Source: a virus (lineage: Duplodnaviria; Heunggongvirae; Uroviricota; Caudoviricetes). Taken from it: DNA of 21,521 nt. The stretch is from the IMG/VR virus record IMGVR_UViG_2645727635_000012; one strand, given 5' to 3'. Positions 15,434 to 21,521 of this stretch are shown here, piece after piece; the stretch's first letter is position 1; the number at the start of each line of letters is the position of its first letter. The notes under the pieces are model-generated. The model saw only the letters and a list, made by a program, of their open reading frames with translations. It made no database searches and was not told the DNA's origin. The position numbers were made by a program, and so were the translations under genes.

Positions 15434-17476
15434 TTAACGATTATTTGTGCCGTTTTTCTTTAAATTGCGCTCACGGTCAGACACGAATAAATAAAGTTCT
15501 TCTTTTTCCTTTTTCTCCTGGCGTTCCAGTCCATATCCCAGATTAAAGTCAGGCTTCTGCGTAATAGCCGGGGTAAGCTCGCGTTTAGCCTCTTCGATTT
15601 TCTGCGTGGCCCGTGCAATGCGGCCTCTGGCGCGTTTCTCCTGCTGCTGTTCGATAACAGCTTTCGGGAACGCATCAACCTTATTACCGTTCCAGATGGC
15701 ATCGCAGATATAAGAACCGTCCATCCGCCTGACAATCACGCTGTTTGCGTCGTGAATGTCGTAACAAACCCTGACTTCATTTCCATGCTCTGCTGCCAGT
15801 TCTGTGGAGAAATAGATGTTTCTGAATAACACCACTTCACCGCGTCGCACTGTGCAGATGCTTTCCGGTCGGAACATTTCGTGAAGTTCTTCCGGCGACA
15901 GCATGTCAATTTCAGTCTTCTGCTCTTTTATCAGTTTCCGGCGATACGCTGCCGGGCTGTAATGTTCGCCATCCTCTTTGCGGGGAAGGCTGCTGTGTGG
16001 CCGGTTGTTATACCGTTTCACCTCCAGCTCTATTGCGGCCAGCAGTTGCTCAAAGGTGGGGACTTCTCCCATCGCTTTAACCTGCCGTTTTGTCAGCTCT
16101 TTCCCTTTGTGGGTGGCCTTAATGGCTGACTGTGTGATGCGTTGCTGCATCATCACCGTTTCCTTGTCTGCATTTTTTGAGCAGTACGTCTGGAAACTCA
16201 GAGCCACATCTTTGGGTATTCCTTTGTTTGCTCGTTCTATTACCCCGCGCCCCTGCGGGTTACCAGGTATCCCCGTGTGATGCTCCACACCCAGCCGGGG
16301 CAGAATCCCGGTAATATCGGCATCAAGTACCTGGTTTTTTTCACCGCCCCCGTTATCGGAGTAATAAATCAGCGGTATTCCGTGTTGTGACATGCCATGA
16401 CGCAATGCATCAGCGACGGCCACCACGTTCTCCGACAGGGACAGCGACCAGCCCACAATAAAGCGTTGCCCAGCATCCATAACCAGCGTCACTTCTGGCC
16501 GGAATGTATTCCCGGTGGCAGGGTTGAATGCCATCAGTTTCATACAGTGACCATCCCCGACCCATACCGCATTAACCGGTAATGTGCTCCAGTCGCGCCG
16601 CACAAAGGGATTGAGCGAACGCCAGGCTGAACCCGTGGAGCGGAAACGCTCTTTAACAATCACCGGGACGCTGCTTAACACCCGTCTTACTGCGTGAACT
16701 GAAGGCAGTGCCGCCAGCATTCCCGCATCGTTCGCGTGTTTTTCATGCCACCAGGCTGAAAACTCACGATACGCATATTCAACGGTCGGGCGCTTCCATG
16801 AGCGATAGAACATAAAGAAATCGCTCAACCACCAGACCTGCTCCCACGGTGTTCCCTTATGATGACCGGGAGCCAGTAACGCCAGTAACTGATTGGCATC
16901 ACCGCGCGCCATCACCCAGCTGGAGTACCAGCTATCCAGGCTGCCGGTGCTGACACCGGTTCGCTTTCCCTGACGTGCATTTGCAGTATTAGCTGCTTCG
17001 ATAATGCGGTCAGGTAACGCCCCCATGCGCACACCATCAACGATGTGCTTTAACGCGGCCTTCCTGGTCATTCCGGCGTATTCGCGCAGTTTATGCACTT
17101 CAGTAGCCAGCAATATCCGCGCATCAGCGATGGCCTTTTGCTTGTCAGTCAGTGCCTGGACTTCGCGTAATGCCAGTTCCGGGCATTTGACCATCACCTC
17201 CAGTTCATCGCGAACGGCGACGTTTTTAACTGCCTTCTGCTCAACCACGGCGGGCAGTTGCGTATCTTCCAGGACCTGATGGGTCAGGCGCTTACGTAAA
17301 ACTTTCTGCGCTTCAGCGGGCAGGCAGTCGATGTGATACTCGAATGCTTTGGTGCCTTCACGCTTGCGCTTCCATTCCGGGTGCGTCTCTGTGATCCGAT
17401 TGAGCGTCCAGCGCACCCCCTGAACTGTACCGGGCAAACCAGGAAGACCGGCCAGCTCATTGGCTGAATAAAACAT
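15434..17476 (-). CDS. A: DDE transposase A (MuA-like)
   Basis: 680 aa, between ner and B; size and synteny match MuA; start overlaps ner stop (TAATG). Confidence 0.9.
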   Translation of the reverse strand: MFYSANELAGLPGLPGTVQGVRWTLNRITETHPEWKRKREGTKAFEYHIDCLPAEAQKVLRKRLTHQVLEDTQLPAVVEQKAVKNVAVRDELEVMVKCPELALREVQALTDKQKAIADARILLATEVHKLREYAGMTRKAALKHIVDGVRMGALPDRIIEAANTANARQGKRTGVSTGSLDSWYSSWVMARGDANQLLALLAPGHHKGTPWEQVWWLSDFFMFYRSWKRPTVEYAYREFSAWWHEKHANDAGMLAALPSVHAVRRVLSSVPVIVKERFRSTGSAWRSLNPFVRRDWSTLPVNAVWVGDGHCMKLMAFNPATGNTFRPEVTLVMDAGQRFIVGWSLSLSENVVAVADALRHGMSQHGIPLIYYSDNGGGEKNQVLDADITGILPRLGVEHHTGIPGNPQGRGVIERANKGIPKDVALSFQTYCSKNADKETVMMQQRITQSAIKATHKGKELTKRQVKAMGEVPTFEQLLAAIELEVKRYNNRPHSSLPRKEDGEHYSPAAYRRKLIKEQKTEIDMLSPEELHEMFRPESICTVRRGEVVLFRNIYFSTELAAEHGNEVRVCYDIHDANSVIVRRMDGSYICDAIWNGNKVDAFPKAVIEQQQEKRARGRIARATQKIEEAKRELTPAITQKPDFNLGYGLERQEKKEKEELYLFVSDRERNLKKNGTNNR

Positions 17477-17712
17477 TACGCCGCCTTACTGGCATACCGG
17501 CTTGGCCAGATCTCCGCAGGTTCCACACCAATAGCATCGGCTATGATGCGTTCATATTTAGGGCATGAGCGATACAGTGCATTTTTTAAAGAGTCTTTTT
17601 TTAGACCAGCGCGTTCAGAAAGTTCACGCAATGTAAAACCTTTGGTGTGCACAGCGGCAACGATGTACTCGCGGTGCCAGTCTTTGTTCATTACTTCATT
17701 TCTAACCATCAT
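17476..17712 (-). CDS. ner: Ner-like DNA-binding regulator
   Basis: Contains DWHR...IWPSRY, matching Mu Ner; start trimmed to ATG with AAGGG Shine-Dalgarno; divergent from the repressor gene. Confidence 0.85.
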   Translation of the reverse strand: MMVRNEVMNKDWHREYIVAAVHTKGFTLRELSERAGLKKDSLKNALYRSCPKYERIIADAIGVEPAEIWPSRYASKAA

Positions 17713-17728
17713 TAGGTTACCCTTAAAA

Positions 17729-17771
17729 GTTATCCGTGCGGATAACACCGCCGTGTTATCCCTTCGGATAT
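17729..17771. promoter_or_regulatory. Candidate operators in the ner/c divergent region: GTTATCCG-tg-CGGATAAC (17729..17746) and imperfect TTATCC-cttc-GGATAT (17756..17771)
   Basis: Inverted repeats sharing the GTTATCC half-site, in the ner 5' leader; another inverted repeat CTTTCTTT...AAAGAAAG lies about 50 bp upstream of the repressor start. Confidence 0.5.
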
Positions 17772-17880
17772 AAGTATTGATCTACAAATAGAAAATTACA
17801 AGCTTTCTTTTCTTTCTTTGATGAAAAGAAAGTCTTTTTGTAGAAATACATTGTAAATCAATATATTGCGAGGAAAGAAA

Positions 17881-18528
17881 ATGAGTAAACAAACCGCCGA
17901 TGATTTTTCCTTTTCTCAGAATAGAAAAGAAAGCATTCAGGACAGAATCAAGCAACTGGTTGGCACTAGGAGTCTGCGTAAAGCCACCTCAGACTGGGGG
18001 TTGCCGTACTCGACCATAAATAACTACTTTGAGAAAGGCACCACTCCCGGCCTAAATGTGGTCGCTACGATAGCAAAATTAGAGAATGTATCACTGGAAT
18101 GGTTGGTCTACGGTGAGAGCAGGCATGATCCAATAATAGAAAAAAAGGTGCCTACAGAAGACGTTAACCGCCCAAACACAAGTATTGTCGATGAAATACT
18201 AAGGCGAGCTACTCCAGAAGATAGAGAGCGTCTTATTGATATGCTGTGTTGTATTGGCATCAAAGGAGTCCTGGAACGCCTACAGCAACCCACCAGGCAA
18301 ACCAAGCAAGCCGATAGCGAACTTGAGGAACAAAGGAAGGCCATTCAAAGCCTGAACATCAGGCAATCGCTTAAAGACGCTGTTTGCATGGCATTAGCTG
18401 GCGATGAGGAAAATGACAAAGAGATTTTGCGCCGCGCCAAAGCTATTTTCTGTGCTGGAACACCAGGTGATCGCGTTCCCGTCACACCGGAGCAAGAAAC
18501 TAAGCCTGTAAACAAGAAATCAGCATAA
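17881..18528 (+). CDS. Prophage repressor (Mu c-like position; CI-type helix-turn-helix N-terminus, no peptidase domain)
   Basis: Start trimmed to ATG with AGGAAAG Shine-Dalgarno; N-terminus ...GLPYSTINNYFEKGTTPGLNVVATIAKLENVSLEWLVYGE resembles phage CI-type DNA-binding domains; divergent from ner. Confidence 0.65.
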   Translation: MSKQTADDFSFSQNRKESIQDRIKQLVGTRSLRKATSDWGLPYSTINNYFEKGTTPGLNVVATIAKLENVSLEWLVYGESRHDPIIEKKVPTEDVNRPNTSIVDEILRRATPEDRERLIDMLCCIGIKGVLERLQQPTRQTKQADSELEEQRKAIQSLNIRQSLKDAVCMALAGDEENDKEILRRAKAIFCAGTPGDRVPVTPEQETKPVNKKSA

Positions 18529-18689
18529 GCGCCTCGTTTTGGCGGGGCGTGTGCTGTTAGCTAATCAGCAATAACCACAACAAAACCGAACACACAGATG
18601 AGAACAAATTGAGGAAAACGGGTAAGGATAAAACACTTTTTTAAAAGCATTTAAAACCCGTTAAGTTTGTAGCAGAACCAGATCAAAAG

Positions 18690-18840
18690 CGCCCAGAAAA
18701 AAGCGCAAAAAAAAGCGTTTTTGGTCATTTCTCACAAATCCGCCCAGAATCACACTAAATCACCACACCCCGCGCCACACAAGGCTTGCTGGTTCTACCA
18801 GGCTGCACTAACTCCGCCCAGAATTGATCACTACCCCACA
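18690..18840. repeat. Candidate Mu-like left end: three same-orientation CGCCCAGAA repeats (18690, 18741, 18815) and putative terminus ...CCCCACA at about 18840
   Basis: Repeats read from sequence; in phage orientation the end reads 5'-TGTGGGGTAGTGATCAATTCTGGGCGG, beginning TG like Mu ends; boundary is inferred. Confidence 0.35.
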
Positions 18841-18861
18841 GGTTATTTGCCGTTAAACTGT

Positions 18862-19413
18862 TCATGCGTTAGTTTCTCCACAGACACAAAACGCCACGAC
18901 GCCCGGAGCTGCACACTCGCGGGCGTTACTCTTTTCTGGAGCGCAGAAGATTTTGTAGACCAGTGCTGCATGCTCCTGGAGCTTCGAAATTGACAGATAC
19001 AACTCATCATTAATTGCTGTCTGCTCGTGTGGCTCCACTACCCCATCTTCGATTGCCGAACGAATCTGCTTTGAGTAACTCCCGATCTGTTCGATGACTT
19101 CCAGCAGGCGCTGGTTTATATCGGCGTTCTCTACTTCCTCAATTTCTGGAAGTGATACAAACACCCCACCAGCAGACTGTGCGACAGCATCCGCAATGTG
19201 GTGAGTACCAGCCGCACGCTGTAAAACCATTGCCCATCCCAACGGAAAAAACTGATCGCCATCGGCACGAAGGCGGTTGAATAAAGCGTTCTCTGTTACA
19301 TCCAGCCACTCAGCAGCTTCAGCGTAACCCCCCGGCAACACCGCGATAGTTTTTCTGACAGCTTTCACGTACCACTCAGGCTGTTTTTCCACTTTCCAGT
19401 GATGCTTACCCAC
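18862..19413 (-). CDS. Hypothetical lambdoid early protein downstream of cro (183 aa)
   Basis: ORF overlapping the cro stop by 8 nt, same orientation. Confidence 0.55.
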   Translation of the reverse strand: MGKHHWKVEKQPEWYVKAVRKTIAVLPGGYAEAAEWLDVTENALFNRLRADGDQFFPLGWAMVLQRAAGTHHIADAVAQSAGGVFVSLPEIEEVENADINQRLLEVIEQIGSYSKQIRSAIEDGVVEPHEQTAINDELYLSISKLQEHAALVYKIFCAPEKSNARECAAPGVVAFCVCGETNA

Positions 19414-19666
19414 GGCTTACCTCCTGTTCCTGTGGTTTTAACTCATTCCGGTTTTGACTAGATTGAAAGCGTGCAGGATAGAGAATCTGCATTTCGCTGA
19501 TTTCTCCCTTAAAAAAATTGGCCAGACGTTCTGCAAGCTCGATAGATGGAATTTGTTCCAGTCTTTCAATACGACTCAGCGTCGCTGGATTGACCTGAAC
19601 GCCCGCAGCAACATGCTGCAAAGTAAATCCGTGCGCCTTACGCACATTCCGTAATGGTGATTGCAT
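19406..19666 (-). CDS. Cro-like helix-turn-helix regulator (XRE family)
   Basis: 86 aa with helix-turn-helix-like segment; divergent from the CI-like gene; GGAGG Shine-Dalgarno. Confidence 0.75.
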   Translation of the reverse strand: MQSPLRNVRKAHGFTLQHVAAGVQVNPATLSRIERLEQIPSIELAERLANFFKGEISEMQILYPARFQSSQNRNELKPQEQEVSRG

Positions 19667-19680
19667 ATAACCTCCACATA

Positions 19681-19743
19681 TTGCGTGATGAGCATATTAT
19701 TTCACGCAAATATTTTGCGCAAGTTGATTTGCTTAACGCGCAA
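19681..19743. promoter_or_regulatory. OR-like operator/promoter region between cro-like and cI-like genes
   Basis: TTGCGTGA...TCACGCAA inverted repeat (19681..19709), palindrome TTGCGCAA (19715..19722), TTGCTTAACGCGCAA (19729..19743); cI-like ATG has no obvious Shine-Dalgarno, so its transcript may be leaderless. Confidence 0.55.
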
Positions 19744-19763
19744 TAAAGAAATGTAATAAACGC

Positions 19764-20456
19764 ATGAACATAGGAAATCGAGTCAGACAACTTCGCCAGG
19801 CGAAGAACATGAAAATCGCCGATCTCGCTGAAGCAATAGGAGTGGATGCGGCGAATATCTCGCGCCTCGAAACAGGTAAGCAGAAACAATTCACTGAACA
19901 AGCCCTGAGTAATATTGCCAGGAGCTTAGGTGTTGATATTGCTGATCTCTTTACCTCAGACCTCAAAAGTAATACTGTATGTAAAAACAGTATTAGTGAG
20001 GATGTTGCGCAGGTGAAGGATGTATTCCGTATTGAAATGCTGGATGTCAGTGCCAGTGCGGGAAATGGCCTTATCCAGGGCGGTGATGTCATTGATGTGA
20101 TTCATGCCATTGAATACAGAACTGATAATGCTGTATCGATGTTTGGTGGACGACCAGCAAATCACATTAAAGTTATCAACGTTCGTGGGGACAGTATGTG
20201 TCCAACCATTGAGCCAGGAGATCTCATCTTCGTTGATATCAGTATCAATCAGTTTGATGGGGATGGTATATATGTATTTGGTTTTGATGATAAAATTTAC
20301 GTCAAACGACTGCAAATGATACCTGATAAACTGCTGGTAATTTCTGATAATCAGATTTACCGCGAATGGGGAATTACCAGCGAAAACGAACATCGGTTTA
20401 TGGTCTTTGGAAAGGTCTTAATCAGTCAGTCACAAACCCTTAAGCGACACAATTAA
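19764..20456 (+). CDS. CI-like repressor with LexA-type S24 peptidase domain
   Basis: N-terminal helix-turn-helix (IADLAEAIGVDAANISRLETGK); C-terminal S24 signature VRGDSMCPTIEPGDLIFVD with downstream catalytic Lys context (YVKRL). Confidence 0.85.
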   Translation: MNIGNRVRQLRQAKNMKIADLAEAIGVDAANISRLETGKQKQFTEQALSNIARSLGVDIADLFTSDLKSNTVCKNSISEDVAQVKDVFRIEMLDVSASAGNGLIQGGDVIDVIHAIEYRTDNAVSMFGGRPANHIKVINVRGDSMCPTIEPGDLIFVDISINQFDGDGIYVFGFDDKIYVKRLQMIPDKLLVISDNQIYREWGITSENEHRFMVFGKVLISQSQTLKRHN

Positions 20457-20477
20457 CCCCCTACCTCAACATCAATT

Positions 20478-20498
20478 AGCCACCAGAAGGTGGCTTTT
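20478..20498 (+). terminator. Intrinsic terminator after the cI-like gene
   Basis: Stem AGCCACC-agaa-GGTGGCT followed by TTTT. Confidence 0.7.
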
Positions 20499-20511
20499 CA
20501 TTACCCACCAA

Positions 20512-20551
20512 ATTGCATATCTCGCAATAAAAACACTTGCATAATGCGCAA
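20512..20551. promoter_or_regulatory. OL-like operator region downstream of cI
   Basis: ATTGC-atatctc-GCAAT (20512..20528) and TTGCATAATGCGCAA (20537..20551), the latter matching the OR motif at 19729..19743 at 12 of 15 positions. Confidence 0.4.
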
Positions 20552-20976
20552 CTTCATTTTATCTTTCTTTCCAGACCTACAAACAAGGTACTAACAAAAT
20601 TTGGTTGTAACACGGCGTATGGCACATGCGTCGTTAGCGGTCTGGGGACGTTAAAGGGGACAATCCACTCCTTGCTCGGGCAAACAAACCAGGTAGCCGG
20701 AATGTGCAAGTCAATGAGGATGCTGATAAGACGCCTAACCAGCGTGGCGATTCGGTTTGACGCCTGGGAAGAGACCAGGGTGCAACGATGAGGGCATTTA
20801 TGGAACCGCGACAAAGTGTGGTGCCGTAACTGGCTAAGTGCTCTCAGCGTTGTGGTAATCCGCGAAATGGCGCGGCGGTAAGTATGGCGGGGTTATTCCT
20901 TCCCCGTTGAGGACACCGGGTTGTCAGGTTGACCATACGCTTAAGTGACAAGCCCACCACAACAGCCACTGCTTTG

Positions 20977-21022
20977 GCGGTACCAGTTTGTACACTTGCT
21001 TCCGGCTGGTACCGCTCTTTTT
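20977..21022 (+). terminator. Intrinsic terminator in the leader upstream of the 21160 gene
   Basis: Perfect 10-bp stem GCGGTACCAG / CTGGTACCGC with 19-nt loop, followed by TCTTTTT. Confidence 0.65.
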
Positions 21023-21159
21023 ACAAAACAGAGAAGAGCATCACCGGACGACGGGCTCATAACCCAATCCACCCGGGCGGCTGCCACCGCAGGTGTTCTT
21101 CTCTGTTTTGTGGAGAAACCAACCGACCTTGCAGGGTCGATATGATGAGGAGCAGCAAA

Positions 21160-21521
21160 ATGGCTAGCGAACGCAGTACTGATGTGCAGGCATTTATCGG
21201 GGAGCTGGACGGCGGCGTATTTGAAACCAAAATCGGCGCAGTTCTCAGTGAAGTCGCTTCAGGTGTGATGAACACGAAAACCAAAGGTAAGGTCTCACTC
21301 AACCTGGAAATCGAACCATTTGATGAGAACCGTGTGAAAATCAAACACAAACTCTCATATGTTCGCCCGACTAACCGCGGGAAAATTTCCGAAGAAGACA
21401 CCACCGAAACGCCGATGTATGTCAATCGCGGTGGTCGCCTGACTATTCTGCAGGAAGACCAGGGACAATTACTGACTCTTGCCGGTGAACCTGACGGAAA
21501 ACTCCGCGCAGCAGGTCATTA
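21160..21521 (+). CDS. Hypothetical protein, 5' partial (runs off the window end)
   Basis: ATG preceded by GAGGAG Shine-Dalgarno 7 nt upstream; open frame to the window end; not in the ORF track because no stop is present. Confidence 0.6.
   Translation, partial: MASERSTDVQAFIGELDGGVFETKIGAVLSEVASGVMNTKTKGKVSLNLEIEPFDENRVKIKHKLSYVRPTNRGKISEEDTTETPMYVNRGGRLTILQEDQGQLLTLAGEPDGKLRAAGH

Larger units (their letters stand above)
1..18840 (-). mobile_element. Mu-like transposable prophage, left arm (partial; continues beyond window start)
   Basis: Colinear minus-strand order c/ner/A/B, early small genes, GemA, Mor/C, lysis, TerS, TerL, portal, F, G, matching phage Mu organisation; candidate terminus ending ...CCCCACA near 18840. 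Confidence 0.85.

Noticed and set aside
15460-15735. 91-aa minus-strand ORF and plus-strand ORFs inside the transposase and B genes
   Set aside because: Alternative-frame or antisense ORFs within well-supported MuA and MuB coding regions
18721-18993. 90-aa plus-strand ORF
   Set aside because: Spans the putative prophage end and runs antisense into the 183-aa gene; more likely non-coding end sequence
20800-20960. Possible tRNA, tmRNA or retron ncRNA near the immunity region
   Set aside because: No cloverleaf features or T-loop consensus visible, and no reverse transcriptase nearby; treated as part of the structured leader
1-21521. CRISPR array or large defence-system enzymes (nucleases, helicases, STAND ATPases)
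   Set aside because: No regularly spaced repeat-spacer structure; all large ORFs are accounted for as transposition or structural phage genes

Overview
Most of the window (about 1..18840) is the left arm of a Mu-like transposable prophage, with every gene on the minus strand except the repressor. From the left-end side inward (high to low coordinates) the order is: c-like repressor (+), ner, transposase A, ATPase B, a dense block of small overlapping early genes (DUF3164-like, DUF2786-like, zinc-ribbon, ead/Ea22-like, several short ORFs), GemA, a low-GC secreted cargo gene, a single Mor/C-family activator, a lysis cassette (two membrane proteins, GH108 endolysin, small lipoprotein), small and large terminase, portal, F-like and G-like head proteins. 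The right ~2.7 kb (18862..21521) is a separate lambdoid-type immunity module: a Cro-like gene and a CI-like S24-peptidase repressor arranged divergently, with operators, terminators and a structured leader. The Mu-like element therefore appears to have inserted next to or into another prophage. I found no rRNA, tRNA or CRISPR array, and no large unexplained enzyme that would suggest a classical defence system. The most interesting signals are small-scale: a cargo gene sitting where a second Mor/C activator would be expected, a duplicated gene end flanking a small inserted gene in the lysis cassette, unannotated short ORFs with strong ribosome-binding sites, a perfect 26-bp palindrome, and four GATC repeats phased at exactly 23 bp. 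All family assignments are from motif recognition by eye, not database searches. Motif coordinates are hand-counted and may be off by 1-2 bp.
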